Source: Octopus vulgaris
Lineage: Eukaryota
DNA: 64,000 nt
Assembly: GCA_951406725.2 (NCBI GenBank)
Contig: OX597838.1
Coordinates: 44,454,001-44,518,000, forward strand
Reading direction: 5' to 3'
Both the position numbers and the translations under genes were made by a program. Below the pieces are notes generated by a model. The model ran no database searches, had not been told where the DNA came from, and saw only the letters and a list, made by a program, of their open reading frames with translations. Below, one piece after another: positions 37,924 through 51,070 of this stretch (position 1 is its first letter; each line of letters begins with the position of its first letter).

Positions 37924-40507
37924 GCGCGCGAACACACACATACATATATTTGCATACGTTTGTAAGCACGCATTCATAAGGACACATAGAGACGTTGAGA
38001 GGCACTCACATACCACAAACTGCAGCCTCTTGAATCGTTAGAAGCGGTAGCGTGTCTGCTTCCTTAATGGATGACTGTTGTAATCTCACACAAGTCTTGT
38101 TGCGTTTCAATCCAATCAAGACCGTCTGTGTAATATCTGCGTAACACTAACTCCAAAATTAAAAAAAAAAGGAGGAAAATTCTCTCTCCTTATGATATAC
38201 AAGTAGTTATATTTATAGGCAAGGTCTTTTCATTTATTTTCCCATTGAATTCAATGGATATGTCCATTCCTATTCCCTTCGGTGGTATGACTATCATAAA
38301 AAGATAATTAAACAAGTGTTTTTGGAGATAAAACTGAATTTCCAATCGTGTTCTGCTCATACGTTTATACATACAGAGATTTGGTCACGATATATTATGG
38401 ACTGATTTGGAGCAAGTTTACAAAGCTCTGTAATTAATACTTGATTGGTTCGTGTTGTAGGGATTATACGGGTCAATTTCATACTAAGAAATTAGGTTGT
38501 TGATCTGTCGCACTCTCATGCAATTTGCTAGTTTTGTAGAATTCCTATCGCATTGCAGTATGATACCTTTTTGTAAATTAACGGTAACCAAAATGAGTAG
38601 ATCAGATTTTCGTAGAGAAACTGCTTGTGCCTGAGTAGTCAATCGCTGTTTGGTCTATCTTTTCTTTTACCGCTTTCAATCATTGGACTGCAGCCATGCT
38701 GCGCTAGTGTTTCGAAGGGTTTTTAGTCGAACAAATTGACCTTAGAACTTATGTTTTAAAGCTTAATACTTATTCTATTGGTCTGTTCTGCTGGAACTTT
38801 AAGTTAAGAAGTAGACAAACCAGCACTGATTATCAATCAGGGGTGAGGAACAAACACACACACAAATATACCAGCACACATAGATACGTGCATGTGTGTG
38901 TGTGTGTCTATACCCTTCGTGTATATATATGTAAATATATCTATATATACATATATATAGGGCGGGTTACCTTTAGTTTCCGTGAACCAAATCCACTCAG
39001 CTCACGAGGTTTATTTGGCTCGGAGCTGTAGTAGAAGACGCTTGTCCAAAGTGCCACTCAGTGAGAATGTCTCTGGAAATATCCTGTTGGGAGGCAACGA
39101 GTGCTGAGACCCCCTTCGGTCACGACCGACCATGGGACTGCACCCAGAAAGTTACCCTCCCAGGCACAATTCCGGGCAAGGTTGTTCATGGAAGACCAGC
39201 AGTCGCCCATGCATACCGGCCTCTCCTCTCCGCGCCACCAGTGTTATCCAAGGGAAAGGCGTAAAGGTTTCGGTACTATCTTCTTGTTCCATGGCTTAGT
39301 ACAGAAAGGAAAAAACGGCGAAACAATGCATGTATAGGGGCTACGAAAATGGTGCCAGAAAAAGGGGAACAAAAGAAAAATGGATTTCCTGAGTTTGATG
39401 GAAGCTGCAGGTAAAACTTTCGAATTAGTCACAAATGGAATCCACATTTCGAATGTTTGAAGTAAGGTGCTTTCCGCTGAACGTTCCTGAAATGACGATG
39501 TTAAGGAAACCGAGTGATTGGTGAAGTTTAATCCTTACAGAACACGGACAGTAATCTAGCGAAAGGGATCACGCAGGCAATTTTTGTGGCGAATTTTGTG
39601 AGAGAAAAACTAATTTCTCATGAACACTAGGATTGACTTTAAGCCTGTCTCAAATCGGTTATGATTACATTCATAAACCTCTCCCATGGGCATGAAATAT
39701 ATCTAGAAAATAAATATTCTACTGTTGTCCTGATGTTTGTGAAGGCTCACGGCATACTAGTTAAGGTATTACGCTCATGATCACAAAATCGTAGTCTGGA
39801 TTCCTTGACCAGGCGGTGAACTTTTTTCTCAACTATAACACTTCGTTTCAACTTCCATTCAGCTGTAAATGAGGAACTCTGCAATGGACAGGCGTTCCGT
39901 CCGGCCGATGCTGTTGTGATCACGTAATGGAAACCGGAAAACCGGCCCTACATAACATTAACACGACGTTTACTCTATTTATCTTTTACTTGTCTTGGTC
40001 ATTAGATTGCGGCCATGTTGGGGCAACACCATTATTTTTTTAGTCGAATAAATCGACCCCAATATCAATTTTTTTAGCGTGATACTTATTCTATTGGTCT
40101 ATTTTACCGAACTGCTATGTTACGGGATGCTAACATATTAACACCGGTTGGAAAGCAATGTGTGTCTGGGAAACAGATAGAAACGCACACACATGCATAC
40201 ATACATATATATATCTAATAATAATAAAAGGCTAAATTAATTAATTAATTAATTAATTAATTATTAATTAATAATTTTACCAAGTAGTTCAGTACGTTAA
40301 AATAACCCTTTATGGTATCATTATACAAATATTCTATAATTATCAACATAATTATAATCAGGGGTCAGCTAATTGCTTCACCACGCACCGAATTTAGAAA
40401 CAGCAGTTAGAATACTTTTTCCACCACCATAACTATCTCCCAGACCGTAACACACTTTTTTACGCAGGCAAAGAGAAAAAAATAACGAATCCACACGACT
40501 TAGATTA

Positions 40508-40575
40508 GCCACGTACGCGTCTCGGGATTAAAGTAAAGTTTTATTTACTTACTGATGTCACCTCATCAGTGTAGC
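40508..40575 (-). ncRNA. Degenerate type I hammerhead motif
   Basis: Minus strand GCUACA-CUGAUGA-GG..CCC-GAGAC-GC-GUA-CGUGGC; A14->G, palindromic ACGCGU helix III. Confidence 0.5.
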
Positions 40576-41218
40576 ATTTCAAATATAAATTTGAGGGGAT
40601 TAGAATTAAATATGTACGCGTCATCTTATAACTGATATTTCACCAGCTCTTCCCAAAATATACAACAAATATAAAATGTACGTCTACCAAATCCATTCAC
40701 AAGGCTATAGTAGAAAATACTTCAAGATGGTGTCACGCAACTGGCTTGAACTCAGAACAATGTTGTTAGAAAGCAACCTTAATACTACACAGCCACAACT
40801 GCGGCTTTGTATAATTAGCATTCAACGTTCTGTTGTTGGTCACTGAGTACACATATTATATATTATGATGGTTTTATAGCAAACACAAGTATCTATAAAA
40901 GAAGAGAAATTATAAGTTAAACAGTGGATAGTTTCTTATTCTCTCAAGTTTGTATTTAGTAAATCTGTATTTAAATACCATCAAGATTAAATCATGATTC
41001 CTCTACTTTCATGGGTTAATGAAATAAGTGTCATGCCTATACTACCGTGCTAGATTCGATCAATAATCTCAAGTCACAGAACGTAAGAGACATCTAAGAC
41101 AACCGATCAATCGTCGCACTGACAATTTTTTGCAGGCAACAGATCAATAAAATAAATAAGGAAAATTCTTTCATTGAAACAAGTTATGGAAAATTACATG
41201 TAATTCCCAACGTGTGAG

Positions 41219-41265
<47 letters not shown>

Positions 41266-41422
41266 ATATATATATATATAAATACACACACACACTGTAT
41301 TTACTTATGTATATATACGAAGGAGAGTCAAAAATTATACGCACTCTACTTTTTCAATGTATCCTCCCTTTTCAATTATATAAACACACACAAACACAAC
41401 CACATACATACATACATACATA

Positions 41423-41556
<134 letters not shown>

Positions 41557-41571
41557 CACACACACACACAA

Positions 41572-41733
41572 ACTCACCGGTAAAATTTCCACTTATTTCT
41601 TATTTCTATTTTCTAAAATTTTCGTTGCGTCTTGCAACCTTATCAATAGTCTTGGCTATTGAAAAGGTTGCAAGACGCAACGAAAATTTTAGAAAATAAA
41701 AATAAAAAACAAGTGGAAATTTAACCGGTGAGT
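41572..41733. repeat. ~160-bp near-perfect palindrome carrying two head-to-head hammerhead-like motifs
   Basis: Arms of about 80 bp pair around a loop near 41652; each strand reads CUA-UUGANAA-G-GUUGC-AAGAC-GCAAC-GAAA-AUUU-UAG. Confidence 0.85.
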
Positions 41734-42351
41734 GTGTTGAATAATAAGGCACTAAAAGAGAATGACTCTCCCCAGACACAACACAATATGCTTCAACACA
41801 CGAACTCATATAAAGAATGTTGCAAACAAATCCAAAAACGAAATATATATATATATATATATGAAAAAAAATAATAAATGCGCCCTTTTTTAAAGCCTAG
41901 CCAGGCTCATGGGTTCGGTTTCCCGGTTTCTATGGCGCATTTGTTTACTTAGAATGATATATACTCTTCTAGTTCTAATCATATGAATACTTTCTGTAAA
42001 GAAAGAGCTGGTTTCTGACAAAAATAAAAAACAAACTCTGACGTTGGAATGTAGATAGAAGAAAAAAAAAAAACACCAGGTGTTGAAAGTGAAAAAAATA
42101 CTTTGTAGATATTTACTGCTCCGCTTACAGAATGAATTTGTAATGTGCATGTTAGCGAGTTCATTTCTTTTTCTGCAAATCCTAACTTTTCTAGATTTTC
42201 AAAAAGATATCTAGTCACAAAACACAGCACCCACTTCAATTCGAACTTGTATCTTGGTCGAACCAGCCGAAAGTTTCGAACCAGTTATTCGTACTATCCG
42301 CTTTCTTTCATATTTTCGAAGACATATTCATATCTGCAGATGAAAGCACGA

Positions 42352-42580
42352 ATGTATGTATGTATGTATGTATGTATGTATGTATGTATGTATGTATGTA
42401 TGTATGTATGTATGTATGTATGTATGTATGTATGTATGTACGTACGTATGTAAGTATGTATGTATGTATGTACGTACGTACGTACGTACGTATGTACGTA
42501 CGTATGTATGTATGTATGTATGTATGTATGTATGTATGTGTGTGTGTGTATGTATGTATATTTGTATGCATGTATGTGTA
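42352..42580. repeat. (TATG)n/(TACG)n microsatellite
   Basis: Directly visible. Confidence 0.95.
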
Positions 42581-42624
42581 TTGTGTATTCTATAGAGATA
42601 TTCACTGAGAATCAGTTACGGATT

Positions 42625-42905
42625 TTCAATTCTGGTGTAACTATATATATCACCTTGGTCACTTTGACCGACCAGTCCGTCGGGTGTCCATTTGACACTG
42701 GTCACAGCACGCTGCCCCCACCTCTCTGGATGGCGGCTTCCTCATCCACGTGGTCTCAATCGCCCTCCTAAAATCGTAACTCTACCGTCGTGGAGGCATT
42801 CCGAGTGGTCGTTTCCGCTCGCGCGGGTACCACTCGACAACTGCGCGGGGCCACCGATTATCGGAGAGCCGGGCGACGTGTCCAGCCCATCTAAACTTGC
42901 TGCGT
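42625..42905 (-). mobile_element. RTE-clade LINE 3' end
   Basis: SKFRWAGHVARLSDNRWPRAVVEWYPRERKRPLGMPPRR. Confidence 0.85.
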
Positions 42906-42914
42906 GTATATTCT

Positions 42915-43850
42915 AAAAACATAGAAAACGAACTTTGTTTCGAACGACGACAAAAACAGAAACGAGGCATTCAACATAAAGAATATTTTTATGCCCTGTC
43001 CCCATATATGCATGTATATATACATATATATGTAGTTATGTACATAAATATATGTATATATGCATATATTTATATATTCTTTATATCATTATATGATCGA
43101 ACGCCACGCATCCTTTTCCAAGTAAGTTTTATCTTAAGAATTATGATGCGCACTCTTCTATCTCTGCTACCTCTTCTCTGTCTATCTCTCTTCCTCTTTT
43201 GTTCTTCATCCTTTCTGGGTTTTCTCTCCCACCCTTCCCCTATTCTTCTCCTCCTCACCGTTACCTCTCTCCCACTCTTCCCTCTTGACTCTTTCGTCGC
43301 TAACACGTGACGAAAGGGAATCTATTTTTCTGTCCATTTCCTTCCTAAAGACAAGATGTGCTTATACCTGTCTTTTCTCATAGCTCGTCCTCCTAGCGTT
43401 CATTATAATTTTTCTATCGTTTTGGCTTAACAGCCTTCACCATTGTTTTTACTGTCTTGTTCTCCACTTTTACCCTCCGCAAAAATCTCAAATTTTATTT
43501 AATTCGTTTTGCAGGAAGGATTGTTTCAACGAAGTCGTGTATCGTCCTTTCCTTCGAAACGCGGAGTAGATGAAACAGAGACAACTGATGAAGCGGAATA
43601 TTCTTTATGTTGCATGTCTTGTTTCTCTGTTTGTTGTTTTCGTTGTTCGAAAAAAGTTCGTTTTCTATGTTTTTGTTTTTATGTTTTCGTTTCTCATTGT
43701 GTTCACCGTTTTTTAGCCTTGTACCCTTATATGCATGTATATATACACATATATATAGGTATGTACATATATGTATGTATGTATATATGCATATATCTAT
43801 ATATTATTTATATTATTATATGATCGAACGCCACGCATCCTTTTCCAAGT
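42915..43850. mobile_element. Non-coding element with partial tandem repeat plus inverted terminal piece (Penelope pLTR-like architecture)
   Basis: 42995-43122 is directly repeated at 43718-43850; 42915-42985 is the inverse of about 43598-43675; related fragments at 35715-35930 and 63140-63330. Confidence 0.6.
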
Positions 43851-44224
43851 GTGTATATATATATGTGTGTATGTGTGTGTGTGTGTGTATTAGCAATAAT
43901 TATAATGATATAGAGTACGGAGACCTGCTCATTCTCAAAATTTATTTTCTCTTTTACAATTTTATACACCCTGTTCCTATGCTCATTCTTTCCTACACGC
44001 GTTTCCACTGCACAGATTATAAGATAAGAGAAATGAATGCTACATATCCTTATTATTATTGCAAATATATACCCCAAACAATTTTACCGTCCAGTGAAAC
44101 GAACACAGAATTTCCCATCGAAAGGATGCCTAGAGTGACTGACAACTAATACTTGTCACAGTCGTAACCTTGGACTTGGCTGAGAGCCACCACGGTATCC
44201 ACCCAGGCAATGTATCCCTCCAAA

Positions 44225-44287
<63 letters not shown>

Positions 44288-44340
44288 AAACACACACAAA
44301 CACACAAAAACATACACACATATATATATACACACATATA

Positions 44341-45222
44341 CTGGTTCATTCCGTAAATAATGTAGTTAGTTTTATACTTTTATTTTTCAAAAGTAAGATA
44401 AAGTTATTTTTTAATCTAAAATATACTCTCCTTCATTTTCTACAATGCTCTTCAATCTCTCTGGTAGACTTGAAAGGCCTCTCCTCCAAAATTTACTTGT
44501 CCCAGACAAAAAAATACTCCTCCAATACTGTTCTGACATTGTCTACAGAATTCATATTCTTTCCGTCCAAATGCTCTTGAAGACTGCAGAATAAATGATA
44601 ATCAGATGGGGCAATGTCCGATGAATATGGTGGGTGGAGCATTTCTCCCCGTCCGCCAGCCTTTGGTTGTCATCCTCGCTGAATGTGGTCGAGCACTATC
44701 CTCATAGAACACCTTTCGTCTTGAAATCAAAGATGGTCGATTTTCTTCTAGCGTTTGTGTCGATGAATGGTTGAATGACCAAATCCAAGCTACTCTGCTA
44801 GTTTCTCAAAAGTTACGATGGAATTTTGTTCCACCAGGGTGTGACGGACGTCCTCATTGAGTTCTATAGAGGTTCGCCTTCTAGGCTATAGTTTCCGGCT
44901 CGGAATTTCGGAACCACCGTTGACACTGGCTTACGCTTATTGTCCAATCCCCATACACTGCATTGATATTCCTCGCACTTTCCGTTGCCTTGTTGTCTTT
45001 ATTGAACTCATAATGCAAAATATGCTGAATATGCTCCTTTGTCACTTCCATTATAGCTTTGAAAAAATAACTGTCAAAATCGAACTGCACTCTTCAAACA
45101 TTGGACTAAGAATAAGTACAAGGTAAAATTACTACCGACCTTTGTAGCAAGTTGATGCAAGTAGTTTATTCTGTCTCCAGTTCATGCAACTAAAAAACCG
45201 CATGATTTATGGGATGACCCAA
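44341..45222 (-). mobile_element. Internally deleted mariner transposon
   Basis: TA-flanked TIRs CTGGTTCATTCCGTAAATAATG / CATGATTTATGGGATGACCCAA; peptides MEVTKEHIQHILHYEF..SQCQRWFR and SDIAPSDYHLF. Confidence 0.85.
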
Positions 45223-46804
45223 TATATATATTAACATACATATAAGTATATGTACACACACACGCACACACACATCACATGCACACACATCACACACACA
45301 TATATATTATATATACAGACACACACACACATATATTTGTGAACATTTGTGTGCATATATGTACGTAGCTATTCGACATGTTTCTGCTAGGTTCTCATCT
45401 ACTCACAAGGTTATTTGTTGGGCTGGGTATATAGGACACACTTGGACACTTGCCTAAGTTGATGCAGTGTGGGACAGAAGCAGATAACGTCTGGCTGCGA
45501 TGCGTAATTCTTAATTTAAAAGCCTTGCCTTTTCATCTCTCAGAGCAGTCAACTTTGCATTTTTTTCTATTCTGCTGCATTTCTGTTTAATGAAACTCCT
45601 GCACTAAGCACTCAGCACCACTAACATTCTGTGAACATATAGCAATCTTTAATGTCATAGCACCTTTATACATACATACATGCATATATACATATATACA
45701 TACACACATATATACGTATGTAAGTACGTATGTATTTAAATATGTATGTATTTATGTATTATTTGAGGCATATATTTCATTAAAAATTCCCTTTACGCTT
45801 CCCAACATTAAAATATAATAAAGAAAGTTTATCGATATCAAACTGAATCTGAAATCAAGTGTGGTTGTTGACAAGTTTCACAAATGGAAACTCTGTCACG
45901 AATTTCAATTGATTGATTGATGTAATTTAAAGAGCTGTGTAATTAATAACACAATGATTTATGATATAGAATTTACGCAGGTCATTATTTTTTCTCTACT
46001 TTGAAATTAGGTTGGCAACTGACTTTAAATCTCACGCGATTTCATGAATTTATAATTTACGTTGCTTTCAGGAGCTTCAACTTGCATGAACTTTATTGTC
46101 AGGTTGAAATTAAAATGACTGCTTGAAACAGAATTTTACGAAGAGTCTACATACAAATGTTTGCTTTTACACGTCAAACGCAAACTGGTGAATCACGTGT
46201 TCTGTCTGTATAGAGAGTTATGTCTCAACATGGACGATAGCGACCTTTTGAACAGTATCGTGAGCTGACATCATCATCAACCCATGGACACTACTGTCTT
46301 GGGCCCTAGGACTAACTGGACCGTTTACCTGGTTTTCATGGTGTACGAGTGACAGATCAGGAAACGGTTGCTCAACCAGTCTTTCGCAGGTTTACTTATT
46401 TGCACTTGAGTGAACGAGAGCAATGTGAAATAAATTACTTTACTCAGTTGGGAATTGAACCAATGATCTTGCGATTGTGACTGAAAAACTAACCTCTGGG
46501 CCACATGTCTTCACTGCGTGCTGGACTTGGGTATCAAATATCAAAGAAACACTATGGTTGTTGTAGTGGGTGGGGTTACAAGGGTCGTTAGATTTTTGTT
46601 AGAAATAAAATAGTTAAACTTAGTACAATACTTAGATTTCAAAGCTTTGGAACGAACATTGTGTTATCAGTGAATATATATAATAGCAGCAATACTTTTT
46701 TTTTCCATTCTGGACCAGAACATTTCAGCATAGTTAAGTTAACATCTTTGGACTCCGTAACCGAAGCACTTTTGTTTTAATAACTTTATCTTTCCGCTCG
46801 GAAA

Positions 46805-47165
46805 GATACTGGTACTTAATTTATCGATCCCGAAAGGATGAAAGGCAAAGTCGAGCTCGGCGGAATTTGAACTCAAAACGTAAAGACAGGCGAAACACCG
46901 CTAAGCATTTTTCCCGGCGTGCAAACGTTTCTTATTTCTTTATTGCCCACAAGGGGCTAAACACAGAGGTGACAAACAAGGACAGTCAAAGGGATTAAGT
47001 CGATTACATCGACCAGTGCGTAACTGGTACCTAATTTATCGACCTCGAAAGGATGAAAGGCAAAGTCGACCTCGGCGAAAATTGAACTCGGAACGCAGCG
47101 GCGGACGAAATACCACAAAGCATTTCGCCCGGCGTGCTAACGTTTCTGCCAGCACGCCGCCTTAC
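46805..47165 (-). mobile_element. SINE family B dimer
   Basis: Two cores near 46830 and 47050. Confidence 0.85.
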
Positions 47166-47379
47166 TTCATAATCATGTTGGTACCAGTAAAAATATTCGT
47201 TTTCCAATAATATCTCAAAAATGCATTGTTATGGTGACAACACATTGTTCCAATATGACAATTTATTACCAGTGACTGAGTGCATGTATTACATAAGAGC
47301 ATGGCGGAAAGTAACAGCTCTGTGTATCATTTCTTTATTGTTTTCATACACACACCACCACATCAACACCCCACAAACA

Positions 47380-47402
47380 CATATACATATATATATACAT
47401 AC

Positions 47403-47441
<39 letters not shown>

Positions 47442-47708
47442 CAACATACATACATACATATATATACATATACATACATATATATATATATTCATACATA
47501 TATATACATATACATACATATATATATATATATACATATATATACATACATACATATATATATAATATATATATATATATACACTATATGTATATTTATA
47601 TATATAAGTATATATACACATGTACGTATGTATGTATGTATATATATATGTATGTGTGTATATTAATATATATATATAAATATAAATTGTTACCTTGAAG
47701 ATTTGACT

Positions 47709-47764
<56 letters not shown>

Positions 47765-47830
47765 GTATATATGTACATATGTGTATATATGTATATATAT
47801 ATATATGTACATATGCATATATATAATACA
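47380..47830. repeat. (TA)/(CATA) compound microsatellite
   Basis: Directly visible. Confidence 0.9.
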
Positions 47831-48119
47831 TGCATGTGTGTCTAATAACATAACAAAAAAAGTAGAAGAGGAAGTTCTCACTTAATCAGTGAACAATTTA
47901 TCTCTCTTATAAACGCTGTGTTTCTAACATCTGCGCTTAACTACCACCGGGACTCAATGTCTTTTCATTTCCTTCGCATATTAATAAAATAAGAGACAAA
48001 TATATATTGTACTTCGTGTAATCAATTTTTCTCTACACGTCTCACACAAAAACATTCTCTCTAGAGACAAAAAATCGATTATAATATTGATTTAACTCTT
48101 CATCAATAAGTACAATAAT

Positions 48120-48580
48120 TATGCTTTTAATTTTTGGCATAAGACCAACAATTTTGAGGATAGGAGTAAATCAATTACATTGACCTGAGTGTTTAAGTGA
48201 TATTGTATGTTATCTATTCCGAAGTGATAAAAGGCAAAAAGTGACCTGAGTAGAATTTGAACTCAGATCGTAAAGCTTCAGAAAAAAGATTGCCGCTATG
48301 TATTTGGTCCGACATGATAACGATTCTGCCAACTGACCGCCTTAAGCGTAATAATAATTCTTTCTACGATCGGTACAAGAGTAGAAAGTTCAAGATGGTT
48401 GCTTCTAGGTCGATTCCAAGGACCCCACTGTATTCTGCTTTCATCCACACTGAAAGGATGGAAATATAAAGTCGACCTCAGTGGAATTTGAACTCAGAAC
48501 GTAATGTCGGTAGACATGCTGCTAATTATTCAGTCCGGCGTGTTACGATACTGCCAGCTCAACGCCTAGAAGCAGGATAA

Positions 48581-48623
<43 letters not shown>

Positions 48624-48786
48624 GTGACGATGATGATGATGGTGATGATGATGGTGACGATGATGATGATGATGACGATGATGATGATGATGTTGATGAT
48701 GATGATGGTGATGATGATGATGATGATGGTGATGTCGATGATGATGATGATGGTGATGATGATGCTGGTGATGATGATGGTGACGA

Positions 48787-48865
<79 letters not shown>

Positions 48866-51070
48866 TGGTGATGGTGATGATGATGATGATGCTGATGATG
48901 GTGATGATGATGATGATGATGATGATGACAGCAACAACAACAACAACAATAATAATAATAATAATAACAACAACAATAATGATTTTAAATTTTGGCGCAA
49001 GGCCAGCAATTTCGGAGGAAGGGACAAGTTGATTACATTTACACCAGTGTTCAATTGGTGCTTATTTCATCGACTCTGAAGGATGAAAGGCAAAGTCGAT
49101 CTCGGTGGAATTTGAACTCAGAACGTAAATGCCGCTAAGCATTTTTCTCGGGGTGCTAACGATTCTGCTAGCTGGCCGCTTTAATAAGTATAATTATTTA
49201 TTTCTTTATTCCCACAAGGGAATAAACATAGAAGGGACAAACAAGGACAAATGGATTAAGTCGATTGCATCGACCCCAGTGCATAACTGGTACTTAATTT
49301 ATCGACCCCGAAAGGATGAAAGGTAAAGTCGACCTTGGCGGAATTTGAACTCAGAACGTAAATGCCGCTAAGCATTTTTCTCGACGTACTAACGATTCTT
49401 ATTTCTTTACTGCCCACAAGGGGCTACACGCAGAGGGGACAAACAAGGACAGATTTTCTTTAGTCCTTGTAAAAAGGATAGACAGAGGGGACAAACAAGG
49501 ACAGACAAACGGATTAAGTCGATTACATCGACCCCAGTGCGTAACTGGTACTTATTTAATCGACCCCGAAAGGATCAAAGCAAAGTCGACCTCGGCGGAA
49601 TTTGAACTCAGAACGTAGTGACAAACGAAATACCGCTGAGCATTTCGCCGGCGTGCTACTGTGTCTGCAAGCTTGCCGCCTTAACGAGTATAATAATCAT
49701 GGTTTCAAATTTTGGCACAAAGCCAGCAATTTCGGAGTCGACGTAATCCGAAAGGATGAAAAGCAAAGTCAAACTCGGCCGAATTTGAACTCTGAATGTG
49801 CAAATGGACGAAATGCCACTAAGTATTTTTCCCGGTGTGCTAATGGTTCTGCCAGCTGGCCGCCTGAATAAGTATAATAATAATCCTTTCAACTACAGAG
49901 ACAAGGCCTGAAGTTTTGGGGGAGGGGGATAGTCGATTACATCGACCCCAGTATGCAACTGGTACTTAATTTATCAACCCTAAAAAGATGAAAGACCAAG
50001 TCGACCTCAACGGAATTTGCACTCAGAACATAGCGGCAGAACAAAAACCTGTTTTTTTACTACCCATAAGGGGCTAAACACAGAGAGGACAGACAAGCGG
50101 ATTAAGTCGAGTACATCGATCCTAGTGCGTAACTGGTACTTATTTAATCGACCCCCAAAGGATGAAAGGCAAAGTCGACCTCGGCGAAATTTGAACTCAG
50201 AACGTAGCGGCAGACGAAATACGGCTACGCATTTCGTCCAGCGTGCTGACGTTTCTGCCAATTCACCGCCTTAATAAGTATAATAATAATGGCTTCTCAT
50301 TCATGGTGAATGTTAGCAATTTTAAATGAAGAGAGAAGACGATGCCATCACTGCTAGCTCTTGAGTAGCTGAAGTCCAGCAACGAGGATAAGCTCTCTAA
50401 TGGATATGATCGATTCCAGTTTTGGACTAATACTTTACGTTATCGACTTGGGACAGTTGACATGCGGTAGATTTTGAACTCAGAATTTAAACAGCCGGAA
50501 AACATAACATTTGCCAATTAATCCGACGCTCTGACGATCCTTTCGCTCTATTTAAGTAACAATAGTTTCTCAATAATTATAGTAGCGATGGCTAAGACAG
50601 CTGACGGTATCGTTAGCACGCCGGAGAAGAGAATGCTTAGCGATATTTCTGAGTTCAAATTCCTTTGGGGAAAAATGCTTTGCGGCAACTGTCCTAACTC
50701 TTTATCTTCTTATTTCAGACTACGCCGAAAGCAACAGAACCTTTCATGCTTTGGATATACTGAAATACCAGTCTAGTATTAGGATTCATCTGATCGACTA
50801 ACATCCTCCCCTATTTTAGAAACCATTATTATCAAGGGGTGCCTAATTTAGGCACCCTTATTACTGGTTTCAAATTCTGACACAAGGCCAACAATTTTGG
50901 TGGGAGAGGTAGGTCTATTACATCGACACCAATGCTCACTGGCACTTAATTTATTGACACCGAAGGGTAAAGTCGACCTACGCCAAATTGGAACTCAGAG
51001 CATAAAGACGGATGAAATGGTGGTAAGTATTTTGACCGGCCTGCTAACGTTTCCGCCAGTTCGCTGCTTA
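48120..51070 (-). mobile_element. Head-to-tail array of about ten SINE family B units
   Basis: Core near 48230, 48460, 49080, 49310, 49570, 49750, 49985, 50160, 50460 (decayed) and 50965; one opposite-strand remnant near 50640. Confidence 0.85.
48581..48980. repeat. (GAT)n then (AAC)/(AAT)n trinucleotide tract
   Basis: Directly visible; source of the poly-Met and poly-Ile ORFs. Confidence 0.95.

Noticed and set aside
48566-49079. Poly-Met/Asp/Asn and poly-Ile ORFs
   Set aside because: (GAT)n/(AAT)n repeat running into a SINE
48120-51070. CRISPR-like repeat/spacer appearance
   Set aside because: Units are 150-250 bp SINE copies with homologous intervening sequence; eukaryotic context and no cas genes
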